A DNA stretch of 64,000 bases from Planctomycetota bacterium. Lineage in GTDB: Bacteria > Planctomycetota > UBA1135 > UBA2386. The notes below the pieces were generated by a model. It was not told where the DNA came from, searched no databases, and saw nothing but the letters and a program-made list of their open reading frames with translations. Positions 11,193 to 21,834 of the stretch are shown one piece after another; position 1 is the first letter of the stretch; each line of letters opens with the position of its first letter. The DNA lies in assembly GCA_947501605.1 (NCBI GenBank), contig CANMWZ010000014.1, positions 1-64,000 on the forward strand, in the 5' to 3' direction. The translations under genes were made by a program, and so were the position numbers.

Positions 11193-12275
11193 TCAGGTCC
11201 GTACGCTACCGAAGAGGACCACGCCGAGCGACCCGAACAGGATCGTCGGCGACCAAGCGGCGACCACGGGGTGGATGTGCCCGTTGAAGCCGAGGTTCTG
11301 ACAGGTCAGATCAAACAAGAGGTAGCCGGCACACACCCCGATGGCGCTCAAGACGCGCTCGATCCGACTGCCTCGCTCGAAGTGGATCGCAAAGGGCAGC
11401 GCCAGCAGCAGCAGGATCAAGTTGGCGAGCGGATACGTTACATGGCGGTGCAGAGCCATCTGGACGTCCTTTCGGTTCGGCCGCTGCACGCGCGTTTCGA
11501 GCAGTTCATCGTAGGACAGCAGCTCGCAAGGCACGTCGGCCTGACCGCGCTGCAGCACCAGAGCGGGCGTCCACTCGGGGGCACCAAGCAGCTCACACGG
11601 CGCGTCGTCATCGGCGGTTCGGTGCACCCCGTTTTCGAGTCGCCAGTCCCCCACGGCGTCGTCCCACTGAGCCGCGTCAGCCAGAATGAGCACGGCATCG
11701 CCTGGTTGGGTGCCCCGACGGAGCAGGTGCACCGCGTGCATTCGCCGGGACTCTGGCTCGTAGCGCTGCACCTGCAACCCGAGAAAGGTCTCGCCGCGCA
11801 CCTCGATCACCAAGTTACGGATGGTGCGCTCACCACCGCTGAGGACCGACTGAACCTGCGTCACGTCCGCCGAAATGCTGGGCACCACCCATTGCCAGCA
11901 TGCACCCATCAACAGCGCCATGACAACCCCGGCGAACAACGCCGGTCGAAGGACGCGCATCATGCTACGACCGACGAAGAGCATCGGCTGCAGCTCGTTC
12001 TGCGTCATCAGGCGCGCGATCGCGAACATGCAGCCGATCACAGTCGCAAAGGGCGCGATGGTCACGAAACTGAACGGGACGAGCCGCAGGTAATAGCCGC
12101 CGAGAAAGCCAAAGAGCTGCATGGTGCTCATGCCCAAGTTGTCGGCCTTGTCGAGGTAGCCACCGAGGTTGTTCAGCAGGTCCAGCAGGATGGTCAGGAA
12201 CAGAAAGAACACGAGCGACGCGAGCATCGAGCCCAAGACCGCGCCACTGACATAGCGATCAAGGTTCTGCCTCAC
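11193..12275 (-). CDS. lptG: LPS export ABC permease LptG (LptF/LptG family)
   Basis: LDRYV start, three TM helices then QNELQPM..GRS, periplasmic domain, three more TM helices ending HPVVAAWSP; GTGA overlap with lptF. Confidence 0.8.
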   Translation of the reverse strand: MRQNLDRYVSGAVLGSMLASLVFFLFLTILLDLLNNLGGYLDKADNLGMSTMQLFGFLGGYYLRLVPFSFVTIAPFATVIGCMFAIARLMTQNELQPMLFVGRSMMRVLRPALFAGVVMALLMGACWQWVVPSISADVTQVQSVLSGGERTIRNLVIEVRGETFLGLQVQRYEPESRRMHAVHLLRRGTQPGDAVLILADAAQWDDAVGDWRLENGVHRTADDDAPCELLGAPEWTPALVLQRGQADVPCELLSYDELLETRVQRPNRKDVQMALHRHVTYPLANLILLLLALPFAIHFERGSRIERVLSAIGVCAGYLLFDLTCQNLGFNGHIHPVVAAWSPTILFGSLGVVLFGSVRT

Positions 12276-13366
12276 TTGCGCAACTCCCACCAACAGAATG
12301 GCGTACCCAGGACCACGAGCAGGACGGCCGGCAACCAGCCGCTCAACGGTTCGTCGGTGACACGGAGCATCTTGCCGCCGAGCACATCGCCGACGTAGAA
12401 GACGAGCAGCGGCAGCAGCGACAACACCAGTGCCAGGGCGCGACCGCGATTGCGCGCAGCGAGCGCAAGGCAGTAACCGAGCGGCCCGAGCAGCAGCGGC
12501 AGGATCGCAAAGCACGTACGCCGGTTGAGCGTGTAGCGGGCGCCCATCGGCTGTTCGTGCTGGCCGCGCAAGACTTCGGCGAGCAGCTGGCTGCTGACCA
12601 TGTCGTCATCGCGTTCGTCGCGGCGCGTGCCTTCGCTGATGGCGCGAAGCGGAAAGTAGTGTTCGTGACGCTCGAAGCCGACGCCCGTAAGTGGGTCGGT
12701 GGTGCCCTCGAGGACCACGCGCAGCGAAGTGTCGCCCTCTTTTGTGCGCGGGATCCACACCTTGTCCACGTGCACCAAGGGTGAGAGCGAGCCGATCTCC
12801 TTGCCACGATCGTCGGGCAAGTAGAGCCAACAGTCGCGCAGCACAAAGTCCTCATCGCGACCGGAGTCCTCGCGCCGCCCGTAGGTCAGCGCGATGTCGG
12901 TGCCAGGAATCGACACCCGATCGTCGGTGGCGCCGAGGCCCGTGTTCATGATCACGTTGCGCACGACCTCGACGATGACGCGGTACTTGCGAAAGTGGAT
13001 CTCGGGCAGCACGTAGTGCAGTGTCAGGGACCCGAAAATCGACAGCAGGATGCCGATCAGCACAGCCGCCATCATCGGCACCCGCGGACTGATCCCGGCA
13101 CTGCGGAGAGCCGTGATCTCCCGGTCCTGATTGGCCCGCGTGAACGTCAGTACGGTCGCCAGCAGGAACGAGATCGGCAGCAGATGCGGAAACGCATCAA
13201 GGGACCAAAACAGCGTGATCACCGCCGCGTCGTACAGTTCGCCGCCCTGGGCACGCTGAACACCGCGGGCAACCAGAGAAATCACCACGATCGCGAACAG
13301 CACGAGGAACGTGATGCTGGCGTTGACCAGGAGCTCCCTCAGGTAGTATCGGTGCAGCCGCCACAT
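12272..13366 (-). CDS. lptF: LPS export ABC permease LptF (LptF/LptG family)
   Basis: LHRYYLRELL, LPISFL, DREITALRSAGISP motifs. Confidence 0.8.
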   Translation of the reverse strand: MWRLHRYYLRELLVNASITFLVLFAIVVISLVARGVQRAQGGELYDAAVITLFWSLDAFPHLLPISFLLATVLTFTRANQDREITALRSAGISPRVPMMAAVLIGILLSIFGSLTLHYVLPEIHFRKYRVIVEVVRNVIMNTGLGATDDRVSIPGTDIALTYGRREDSGRDEDFVLRDCWLYLPDDRGKEIGSLSPLVHVDKVWIPRTKEGDTSLRVVLEGTTDPLTGVGFERHEHYFPLRAISEGTRRDERDDDMVSSQLLAEVLRGQHEQPMGARYTLNRRTCFAILPLLLGPLGYCLALAARNRGRALALVLSLLPLLVFYVGDVLGGKMLRVTDEPLSGWLPAVLLVVLGTPFCWWELRK

Positions 13367-13376
13367 CGCCGCTGCC

Positions 13377-14909
13377 ATGGTTCCGCAAGGACTCGCACCG
13401 AGCAACGATCCGTTGCCGCAATCCGTAGCAATCCACGCCCCGCGATGCCGCGGTGCCGTGGTAGGTGGCGTCGCGCGCGCACTGCAACCACTGTTCGAAG
13501 CCCTGCCGCACACGGCAGCGCTCACCGTGGTCAAGGAGAGCACCGTGCGAACCATCTTGCGCGGTACGTTCGAAGGCCTCGACGTGCACCTCAAGATCCA
13601 CCGTGCGATCACCTTGTCTGACCGCGCCCGCGATGCGATCCGCGGCAATCGCGGCACGCGCGAGGCCTCGAACCTGCTGCGCGCTGCAGCGCTCGACCTG
13701 CCGGTCGCCGAACCACTGGCGTGCGGCGCCTTCGACGACCAGGACCGGGGCTCGCGCAGTTTCCTGCTGACGCGGACGATCCCCGGCGCCACACAGTTCG
13801 CTTTCGACCTGCCGGCCGAGACCTTGCAGCACACCGGTCGGCTGCTGCGCCGCATGCACGATCGGGGCTTCCTTCCCGGCGACCTGCACCCGGGAAACGT
13901 CGTCGTCGACGGTCGCGGCCTGCCGTGGCTACTCGACCTCTCCTCGGTGCGGCTTAGCGGCGAACCATCGATTCAGCGACGCGCCGAAGCGCTAGCGACG
14001 TTTTGCCACCCGCTCGATGGCGGCCCAGTCGACCCCGCAGCACAGCCCCTGCTGCTCGCGTACCTGTCGGCCGGGAGCGAGCTCCCTGACGAGTTCGCCA
14101 TGCAGCTGGTTCTCGCAGCCCGGGCAACCCGGCACCGCGGGTTGATCTCGTTCGGTCGCCGCTGCTCGCGCAACTGCCGCCACACCGTCGTGCCGCAAAG
14201 GCGGCGCGGCGAACTCCGCTGGCATCTGCACCAACTCGAGGACGAAATCGACCGCGAACCGCTGCACGAAGCATGTCGCGAGTTCACCGCTGCGCCCCCT
14301 AGGGCCGACAAGGAAGGCCGCCGCGGCGCCGTGTGGTTGCTGCCCGACCTCGCCGTCAAGGAGCGCGAGCAAGGTGCTGCGCGCAAGTTGTTCTTGGCGA
14401 TGTACTGGCTGAAGTTCGCCGGTGTGAGTCAACCCGAGCCAGTTGCCCTCGCGTCGCGCCACGACCTCGGCTACGTGTTTGCGCGGCGCCTGCCGATGCC
14501 TTCGGTAGCGCAGGAACTCGACGGTGGCGCGCTGCACGGCAGCGAACTCCTCGGTGCCGCAGCGAGCCTCGGCACCTCGATCGGACGCCTCCATGCGCAC
14601 GGACTGCGCAATCGAGACCTGAAGTTCGAGAACCTCGTCCGCGACCCGTCGACTGACGAGGTCTGCATGGTGGACCTCGACGGCGTGCGGCGGAAACGCT
14701 GCGACGACACGCGCGGCCAAGGCACGGACCTTGGGCGACTGCTGGCCGCGTTCGGAGCCGCTGGGGAGCCCGGCGGGTTCGGACCGGTCCTAGCCTTCAC
14801 CCGGGCGTACCTCCGCACGCGCCGACAGTTGCTGCAGCCAGCGAAGATCCGTCGGATCTGGCACACTGCGCAACAGCGCGCAAAGCAGTGGGCCAGCGCG
14901 CACCGGTAA
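13377..14909 (+). CDS. LPS kinase (Kdo/WaaP/InaA family) with two tandem kinase domains
   Basis: Two catalytic loops, HDRGFLPGDLHPGN...LLDL and HAHGLRNRDLKFEN...MVDLD; start codon uncertain. Confidence 0.75.
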   Translation: MVPQGLAPSNDPLPQSVAIHAPRCRGAVVGGVARALQPLFEALPHTAALTVVKESTVRTILRGTFEGLDVHLKIHRAITLSDRARDAIRGNRGTREASNLLRAAALDLPVAEPLACGAFDDQDRGSRSFLLTRTIPGATQFAFDLPAETLQHTGRLLRRMHDRGFLPGDLHPGNVVVDGRGLPWLLDLSSVRLSGEPSIQRRAEALATFCHPLDGGPVDPAAQPLLLAYLSAGSELPDEFAMQLVLAARATRHRGLISFGRRCSRNCRHTVVPQRRRGELRWHLHQLEDEIDREPLHEACREFTAAPPRADKEGRRGAVWLLPDLAVKEREQGAARKLFLAMYWLKFAGVSQPEPVALASRHDLGYVFARRLPMPSVAQELDGGALHGSELLGAAASLGTSIGRLHAHGLRNRDLKFENLVRDPSTDEVCMVDLDGVRRKRCDDTRGQGTDLGRLLAAFGAAGEPGGFGPVLAFTRAYLRTRRQLLQPAKIRRIWHTAQQRAKQWASAHR

Positions 14910-14968
14910 CGGCCGCGGACAGCGCCCCCTTCGCATCCGACCGGGCACCACCACAATCGCGTTCCGCC

Positions 14969-16243
14969 ATGCCCTTGTCGCTTCGTTCCTGTTGTCTCGC
15001 CGCTCCTTGGTTGCTGGCGCTCGCCGCCGGGTCTCTGGCTGCACAAGTACCTGCCGAGAGTGTGTTCGTGCTCGAACTCGTGCCTGTGCAGCAGGGCAAT
15101 ACACCGCCGGCCTTCCGCTTGGTCGACGTCCTCGGTCGCGGCAGCGCCGTGGTGCAGAACCAGACGGTGTTTTCAGCCATGACCGCGATCGCCGTCGATC
15201 CACGCGACGCGAGTCAGGTGTACTTCGAAACAAGCGGCAGCTCGCTCGGCGGCACCTGGTCATCGTCGATCCGCGGCCTTGCGCGCTTTGGCGCCAACAC
15301 CTGGGGCGCGCTCGGGCGGGAGGCCTCCGAGCGACTCGACGTCGGCGCCACGAAGGTGTTCACGCTGCGTGGCGGCCAGTTGTTCGCAGTGCCCAAGACC
15401 GGCGGGGCGAACCTCGCAATCGCCGCTGTGCCTTTGGCCGTCGACTTGGTCGCGGTCGATCCTGAGGTCTTTGTGCTCTTGCAGACGCCGGGCCCTGCGT
15501 CGCAGATTCTGGCCGTCAACCACTCGAACGGCGCCACGCGCACTCTGGCTACGTATCCGCCCGCGCGCGCCATCGCGTGGTCACCGACGTTGGAACTGCT
15601 GGTCGGCACAACCACGGGCTTGATCCTGCGCATCGACCCGGCAAGTGGCGCGATCACCAACACGACCTCGACCTCGACGACGTTCATCACCGGCATCGCC
15701 GCCACGCGCTTTGGCACCGCCGTGTGGACCGACGGCACGCAGATCTTCAGCGAACTGTTGGGCGGCACTCCGATCTACACAGCTGCGACACCGATCCTCG
15801 ACATCGCTGCTCCAAGGACGCAGTCGGCATCGCTGATGCCATACGGCACGAGTTGCGCAAGTCCCGGCACCGTGACCTTCCAGTTCGATGCGCAGCCGAC
15901 GCTCGGGAACGCCGCCTTCCGCGTCGGTCTGCGCAACGGCGCGCCGAACACCAACGCGCTGCTCTGCCTCGGTCTCGGATTCTCTTTCAGCACCGTGTTC
16001 GGCCAGCAACTGCCGGTACCGCTGCAATCCATCGGCCTTGGCACCTGCCTGTTGTGGAGCGACCCAGTGCTGCAGGCGGGACTGCCGCTCAATGCCGCCG
16101 GCGCAGCAGACGTTCCGCTCGGCATCCCCAACGATGCGGCCCTCGTCGGCCTTGTCTTCGGGCTGCAGTGGTTCGGCGCTCAGAACGGCGCGAACGCCGC
16201 GGGCCTGGTCGGCAGCGAAGGCGCAGCGGCCCAGATCTACTGA
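14969..16243 (+). CDS. Secreted beta-propeller-like protein with conserved C-terminal domain
   Basis: Signal peptide ending SLAA-Q; repeated AIAVDP/AIAWSP blades; C-terminal YGTSC...PTLG...IGLGTC...IPNDAALVG..FGLQ...NAAGLVGS. Confidence 0.7.
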   Translation: MPLSLRSCCLAAPWLLALAAGSLAAQVPAESVFVLELVPVQQGNTPPAFRLVDVLGRGSAVVQNQTVFSAMTAIAVDPRDASQVYFETSGSSLGGTWSSSIRGLARFGANTWGALGREASERLDVGATKVFTLRGGQLFAVPKTGGANLAIAAVPLAVDLVAVDPEVFVLLQTPGPASQILAVNHSNGATRTLATYPPARAIAWSPTLELLVGTTTGLILRIDPASGAITNTTSTSTTFITGIAATRFGTAVWTDGTQIFSELLGGTPIYTAATPILDIAAPRTQSASLMPYGTSCASPGTVTFQFDAQPTLGNAAFRVGLRNGAPNTNALLCLGLGFSFSTVFGQQLPVPLQSIGLGTCLLWSDPVLQAGLPLNAAGAADVPLGIPNDAALVGLVFGLQWFGAQNGANAAGLVGSEGAAAQIY

Positions 16244-16320
16244 GTTGCGCGAGGTTGGCCGCATGCGGGGCTGACCGCGCGAGGAGTGGCACGCCCGGCA
16301 TCGGGCGCACACCTGCGAAC

Positions 16321-17376
16321 TCAGCCGCCGAACTGGAGCGCCGCAAGTCGATCCCGGCCGCGCTCATTGCCACCGTCGAGCACTTCGGTGGTCTTGCTGT
16401 CGCGGTAGTGCCGTTCGACGTGATACTCGACCACGTAGCCAAAGCCCCCGTGGATCTGAATGGCTTCGTCCGCCGCGTAGACAGCGGCATCGACCGCCGC
16501 GATTCGCGCCTGGAGTGCAGCCCGTTCGGCGTCCTGGCCGAGATCGTGAACCCGCGCCGCGTGGTAGACCAACTGGCGCGCCGCGTCGATCCCGCGCTGG
16601 CTCTCGACCAGCTTGCGAACAACGGCCTGCTGCACCAGCAGCGGCTTGCCGAAGGCGATGCGCTCGCCGGCATGCTTGTGCGCGAATGCGACCGAGGCAC
16701 GACCAGCGCCAACACATGCAGCTGCGCTGCCGAGCCAAGCGATCATGTCGGCGGCGCGCGCAGCGGCCGCGGCGGCGGCACCGCGCGAGGCGATCGTCGC
16801 CGCTGCGCCGGCAAACTCGACGCGGGCGGGCGCAGCGCTGGCAAACCCGAGAGCGCGCAGTGCAGTGCGCTTGCAGGTCGAGGACTCAACTACTGCGAGC
16901 ACGACCTCGTTGCCGTCGCGAGCCGCGACGACCAGCACTGCGGCTTCGCCAGCAGCCGGGACCAACTCCGCCTTGCCGCTGAGCTTGCCACCCGCGCACA
17001 CAACGCCATGTTCGAGCCCCACCCACGCAGCGAGCTTGGTGCCCGCCATGACGGCCTCGAGGGCTTCGGCGTCGACGCTGGCAAGGGCTGCGGCGCACTG
17101 CACCTGTGAAGTCAGCAGGCGCGCCAGTGAACCGCTATGCGCCCCAATCTCTTCGCAGACGGCGGCCAGCGGGAGCAATCCCATCCCAGCGCCACCCTTT
17201 TCCGCCGCTACCGGCAACGCGAACAACCCGAGGTCTGCCAGTCCCGCGAACTCGTCGCGGGCGAAGTGGCGATGCTCATCCCGTTCTTGCGCCGAGGGCG
17301 CCACGACGTCCTGGACGAACTTGATGACGGTATCGAGGACGAGAGTCTGGTCGTCGGTGAGTTGCAGGTTGTGCAT
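16321..17376 (-). CDS. Acyl-CoA dehydrogenase-like subunit (non-catalytic beta-type)
   Basis: Retains ERIAFGKPL and AIQIHGGFGY, ERHYRD; lacks TEPxxGSD, KxWIT and IYEG. Confidence 0.8.
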   Translation of the reverse strand: MHNLQLTDDQTLVLDTVIKFVQDVVAPSAQERDEHRHFARDEFAGLADLGLFALPVAAEKGGAGMGLLPLAAVCEEIGAHSGSLARLLTSQVQCAAALASVDAEALEAVMAGTKLAAWVGLEHGVVCAGGKLSGKAELVPAAGEAAVLVVAARDGNEVVLAVVESSTCKRTALRALGFASAAPARVEFAGAAATIASRGAAAAAAARAADMIAWLGSAAACVGAGRASVAFAHKHAGERIAFGKPLLVQQAVVRKLVESQRGIDAARQLVYHAARVHDLGQDAERAALQARIAAVDAAVYAADEAIQIHGGFGYVVEYHVERHYRDSKTTEVLDGGNERGRDRLAALQFGG

Positions 17377-17397
17377 CGCGTGTGTGACCGGCTCGCT

Positions 17398-18501
17398 TCA
17401 GCGAGCTCCTTGCCAGAAGTAGAGAAAGCGCGGCCCTGTGGAGGAGCTGAGCAGATGTGCAGTGATCGCCGCGAGATCCGGCGGCGCCTTGGCTTCGGCG
17501 CCGAACAACAGGTCGCGCATGGACGGCCGACGGCGCTGCTCCACGAACTGGACGGCCTCCCGTTCGGTGAACCACGCCTCGAAGGTCGATGGATCGCCAA
17601 TCTCGTCGATCAGCCCGTTCTCCAGCGCCTGCCCGGCGCTGTAGATCGCGCCCGTTGCGAGAGCCATCACTTGCGCGCGATCGAGATTGTCGCGGCCGGC
17701 GTCGACAACGTCGACGAACTGCATGTAGAGCTCTTCGACGATGCTGGTCAGCATCTTCTTCTCGGCGTCGTACATCGGTCGCGTCATCGACATCACGTCC
17801 TTGTAGGGCGTGTGTTCCGACTTGATGGCCACCTGCTCGATGCCGAGCCGGCGCGCGGCGTCGGTCACGTTCCAGGTGCTCATGATGACACCGATGCTGC
17901 CAGTGATCGTCGAGCGCCGCGCCACGATGCGATCGGCGGCGCAGGCGATGTAGTAGCCACCGCTGGCCGCAATGTCGCCAAACGACGCCAGGACGCGAAC
18001 GTTCGGGTGCTCGCGCTTCCACTTGGTCAGCAGCCGATGGATCTCGTCGCTGTCGGTGACCCCACCGCCAGGCGAGTCGATGGCGAGCCACAGTCCAACG
18101 ATGTCGTCGTGGCTCTCTGCATAACGGAGTGCCCGGCGCACGTCGGACACGGTACCGCCACTCGCGCCGAGCAGCGGACTCTGGGATTCGGCGATCGCGC
18201 CCACGATCGGGATGCGGAGCACGCGTGACTTGGCACTCGCATCGCCACCGACGCGCACGACATCGTAGTTCGTAGCTTCGCCGTCAAACCCAGACATGCC
18301 AGCCGTCGCAAAGCTGCCAACGCTCACCAGCAACAGCAGCACATTGAGGCCAGCCGAGACCAACAGCAGCAAGCCAAGGAAGATGGCGACGAAGAAAGAA
18401 ACGCCGCGGTTTTCGCGCGGCAGCGCAGCTGGCCCGGCCCCGCGCCATTGCGGTTCTTGCGGTGGCACGCCAGGAGGCGGCGGCGGTGTCTGATAGCTCA
18501 T
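17398..18501 (-). CDS. sppA: Signal peptide peptidase SppA (S49, short type)
   Basis: IDSPGG, AASGGYYIA, TGSIGV, YKD; N-terminal TM anchor. Confidence 0.9.
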   Translation of the reverse strand: MSYQTPPPPPGVPPQEPQWRGAGPAALPRENRGVSFFVAIFLGLLLLVSAGLNVLLLLVSVGSFATAGMSGFDGEATNYDVVRVGGDASAKSRVLRIPIVGAIAESQSPLLGASGGTVSDVRRALRYAESHDDIVGLWLAIDSPGGGVTDSDEIHRLLTKWKREHPNVRVLASFGDIAASGGYYIACAADRIVARRSTITGSIGVIMSTWNVTDAARRLGIEQVAIKSEHTPYKDVMSMTRPMYDAEKKMLTSIVEELYMQFVDVVDAGRDNLDRAQVMALATGAIYSAGQALENGLIDEIGDPSTFEAWFTEREAVQFVEQRRRPSMRDLLFGAEAKAPPDLAAITAHLLSSSTGPRFLYFWQGAR

Positions 18502-18520
18502 TGGGGGTCGATGCTCCGGA

Positions 18521-19693
18521 TCACGGGGCCAGCAGGCCTCGCGCGATGACCAGTCGCTGGATGTCAGTCGCGCCTTCGTAGATCTCGGTGATGCGCGCAT
18601 CGCGCAGCCAACGTTCGGCCGTCGACGCGCCGCTGGCGCCTTGCTGACCAAGGATCGCAACTGCCGCTCGCGCGGCGCGGTTCGCGAGACGCGAAGCCGA
18701 CAACTTCGCCATCGCCGCCTCAGTGGTGCAGCGAATGCCGCGATCGCGCAGGATCGCCGCGCGCCAGGTGAGCATGCGGTAGGCGTCGAGGTCCGACGCG
18801 AGGTCGGCAAACGTCCATTGATCCGGCTGCGACGCAGTAGGACGCCCTTTGGCATCGACCTGACCGGCCAGGTGCTGCTCGATCAACTTGATGCAGGCAC
18901 GGGCAATGCCGAGCGACTGCGACGCGATGCCGAGGCGGCCGCCGTCGAGCGTGTCGAGCGCAATCGTGAAGCCAATGCCCTCGTCGCCGATGCGGTTCTT
19001 CACCGGCACCTTCACGTTCTCCAGAACGATCTCGGTTGTTGGCGAGCCACGCAGACCGAGCTTGCGCTCCTTCTTGCCGACACCGACGCCGGCATAGTCC
19101 TTCTCGACGACGAACGCCGAGATGCCCTTCACCCGATCGGGGCCAGTGCGGGCGAACACGATGAACAGCTTGGCTTCGCTCCCAGTCGTGATCCACAGCT
19201 TGGCGCCGTTCATCACGTAGTGGTCACCCTGCAGCTTGGCGTCGCAGCGCAGCGCCGCGGCATCGCTGCCTGAGAACGCCTCGGACAGGCAGTAGGCGCC
19301 GAGCCATTCGCCAGTGACCAGCTTCGGAAAGTACCGACTCCGCTGGTCTTCGCTGCACCACTTGCCGACCAGTGAGTTCACCAACGAGTTGTGCACAGAG
19401 ATCGTGACGCCAGTCGACGGGCACACGGCGTTGATCTCCTCGAGCATCACGCAGCTGGCGAGGTTGCCCATCTCCGAGCCACCATGCGCTTTGCTGACCG
19501 TCGTGCGCAGCAATCCCAACTTCGCTGCGGCGTCGATGGCGCTTCGAGGAAACGCGGTTTCGGCATCCCATTCGGCGGCCTTGCCGAGATAGGTGTTCGC
19601 GTAGTCGCGAACTTGGCTGCGGAACGCAAGCAACTCCGTGGACAACTCGTAGTCGACGACTTGCGGAGCGTTGTTGGCGTGGGTTGCGCTCAT
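18521..19693 (-). CDS. Acyl-CoA dehydrogenase (short-chain/butyryl-CoA type, catalytic subunit)
   Basis: GAYCLSEAFSGSDA, NGAKLWIT, KLGLRGS, LDGGRLGIA, RDARITEIYEGATDIQR. Confidence 0.88.
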   Translation of the reverse strand: MSATHANNAPQVVDYELSTELLAFRSQVRDYANTYLGKAAEWDAETAFPRSAIDAAAKLGLLRTTVSKAHGGSEMGNLASCVMLEEINAVCPSTGVTISVHNSLVNSLVGKWCSEDQRSRYFPKLVTGEWLGAYCLSEAFSGSDAAALRCDAKLQGDHYVMNGAKLWITTGSEAKLFIVFARTGPDRVKGISAFVVEKDYAGVGVGKKERKLGLRGSPTTEIVLENVKVPVKNRIGDEGIGFTIALDTLDGGRLGIASQSLGIARACIKLIEQHLAGQVDAKGRPTASQPDQWTFADLASDLDAYRMLTWRAAILRDRGIRCTTEAAMAKLSASRLANRAARAAVAILGQQGASGASTAERWLRDARITEIYEGATDIQRLVIARGLLAP

Positions 19694-19694
19694 C

Positions 19695-20570
19695 TCACTT
19701 GCCCTGCTTGTAGTCGTAGAAGCCCTTGCCCGTCTTGCGGCCCAAGTGGCCAGCATGCACCAGGCGGCGCAGCAGAGGGCAGGCGCGATACTTGTCGTCG
19801 CCGAGGCCTTCCTTCAGAACATCGAGGATGGAGACGCAAACGTCGAGGCCGATGAAGTCGGCGAGCGTCAGCGGGCCCATGGGGTGGTTCATGCCGAGCT
19901 TCATGATTTCGTCGATGGCCTCGCGCGTAGCCACGCCTTCCATCAAGGCAAACGCGGCCTCGTTGATCATCGGCATGAGGATGCGATTGGCGACGAAGCC
20001 CGGGTAGTCGTTGGCCGAGACCGGGATCTTGCCGAGCCCCTTGGACCACGCGAGCACAGCTTCGGTCGTTGCTGCACTCGTGTCGTTGCCGTTGATCACT
20101 TCCACGAGCTTCATGAGCGGCACGGGGTTCATGAAGTGCATGCCGACGACGCGATCTGCACGCTTCGTCTTGGCGCCAAGAACCGTGATCGAGATCGACG
20201 ACGTGTTGCTCGCGAGAATGGCGTGCGAAGGCATCGCCGCGTCGGCCGCCTGAAAGACCTTGGTCTTGACGTCGAGACTCTCGGTGACAGCCTCGATGCA
20301 GAGATCGACCTTCGCAAGGCAACCCATGTCCGAAGTCGCGACCAAGCGCTTCCTGGCCCCGTCGGCCTGATCCGCTGTCAGCACGCCCTTCTCGGCAAAC
20401 TTCGCGAGACTCTTGTGTACGGCTGCGACGCCGCGGTCGAGAAACTCCTGCTTCACGTCGACCATGAAAGTGTCGACGCCACAGGTCGCAAACGTCTGGG
20501 CGATGCCGTTACCCATGGTGCCAGCGCCGATCACGGCAACGGCCTTCGGCAGGGATTGGAAGGTGCTCAT
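19695..20570 (-). CDS. hbd: 3-hydroxybutyryl-CoA dehydrogenase
   Basis: [47 protein letters not shown]. Confidence 0.93.
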   Translation of the reverse strand: MSTFQSLPKAVAVIGAGTMGNGIAQTFATCGVDTFMVDVKQEFLDRGVAAVHKSLAKFAEKGVLTADQADGARKRLVATSDMGCLAKVDLCIEAVTESLDVKTKVFQAADAAMPSHAILASNTSSISITVLGAKTKRADRVVGMHFMNPVPLMKLVEVINGNDTSAATTEAVLAWSKGLGKIPVSANDYPGFVANRILMPMINEAAFALMEGVATREAIDEIMKLGMNHPMGPLTLADFIGLDVCVSILDVLKEGLGDDKYRACPLLRRLVHAGHLGRKTGKGFYDYKQGK

Positions 20571-20649
20571 CAGGAATCGTCTCGTTCGTCGGTCTCAGTG
20601 ATCAGATGCCGCGAAGCCAGCGGCAACGGGCAAAGGTCGGCTGTTGGGC

Positions 20650-21834
20650 TCAGATGCGCTCCACGGCCATCGTCACGGCGTTGCCGCCGCCGAGGCAGAG
20701 CCCAGCAAGACCTCGGGTTTTGCCGTGCGCCGCAAGCGCGTGCAGCAGGGTCGTGAGCACGCGAGAGCCGGAGCAACCGATCGGGTGGCCAAGCGCCACG
20801 GCGCCGCCGTGGACGTTCCACTTGGAAGGATCGACCTCGAGTTGGCGCTGCAATGCGACCATCTGCACCGAGAACGCTTCGTTCATCTCGACAAGGTCGA
20901 AGTCCTGTGGACTGCACTTCAGCAGCCCGCACAGCTTCTTGGTCGCGACTTCAGGAGCCATCATGACCCACTCGGGCGCCAGCCCGCCGGTGGCGTAGCC
21001 AAGGATGCGTGCAATCGGCTTGATGCCGTGGCTCTTGGCCCACTCTTCGTCACAGACCACCAGAGCACTGGCACCGTCGTTGATCGAGCTGGCGTTGCCG
21101 GCAGTCACGGTGCCGCCATCCGGCTGAAACGCCGGACGAAGTCGAGCCAGCGACTCTGCTGTACTGTCGGCCCGCGGACTCTCGTCGAGTTTGACCCACA
21201 GAGACTCACCTTTCTTCTGCTTGACCTCGACAGCCAGGATCTCGGCATCGAAGTGGCCCGCCTTCTGCGCGGCGATTGCGCGCCGATGACTCTCGGCGGC
21301 ATAGGCATCCTGGTCCTGGCGCGAGACCATGTACTTCTTGGCAACCAGCTCAGCGGTGTTGCCCATATGAAAGTCGTTGTAGTGGTCCCAGAGACCGTCC
21401 CAGACAATCCCGTCGAGCGCTTGGCCGTGGCCCAAGCGCATTCCCGTGCGAGCGGCTGGCAGGTAGTACGGCGCGTTGCTCATCGACTCCATGCCACCTG
21501 CGACCGCGACCTTGAGATCGCCGGCCTTGATTGCCTGCGCCGCCAGCATCACTGTCTTGAGGCCGCTGCCACAGACCTTGTTGATGGTCACCGCGCCAAC
21601 GCTGTCCGGGATACCACCAAGACGCAGCGACTGGCGCGCCGGGTTTTGCCCGAGTCCAGCCTGGAGCACGCACCCCATCAGCACCTCCTCGATCTGGTCG
21701 GCCGGCACGGCGCTTCGTCGCAGCGCTTCTTTGACGACGAGGCCACCCAGCTGCGGCGAAGTGAACGACGCGAGACCACCTTGAAACCTGCCAATTGCGG
21801 TGCGGCAGGCGGAGACGATGACCGGACGGCCCAT
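20650..21834 (-). CDS. Acetyl-CoA C-acetyltransferase (thiolase II)
   Basis: GQNPARQ, NKVCGSG, GMESMS, TAGNAS, NEAF, GHPIG, LCLGGG. Confidence 0.95.
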   Translation of the reverse strand: MGRPVIVSACRTAIGRFQGGLASFTSPQLGGLVVKEALRRSAVPADQIEEVLMGCVLQAGLGQNPARQSLRLGGIPDSVGAVTINKVCGSGLKTVMLAAQAIKAGDLKVAVAGGMESMSNAPYYLPAARTGMRLGHGQALDGIVWDGLWDHYNDFHMGNTAELVAKKYMVSRQDQDAYAAESHRRAIAAQKAGHFDAEILAVEVKQKKGESLWVKLDESPRADSTAESLARLRPAFQPDGGTVTAGNASSINDGASALVVCDEEWAKSHGIKPIARILGYATGGLAPEWVMMAPEVATKKLCGLLKCSPQDFDLVEMNEAFSVQMVALQRQLEVDPSKWNVHGGAVALGHPIGCSGSRVLTTLLHALAAHGKTRGLAGLCLGGGNAVTMAVERI

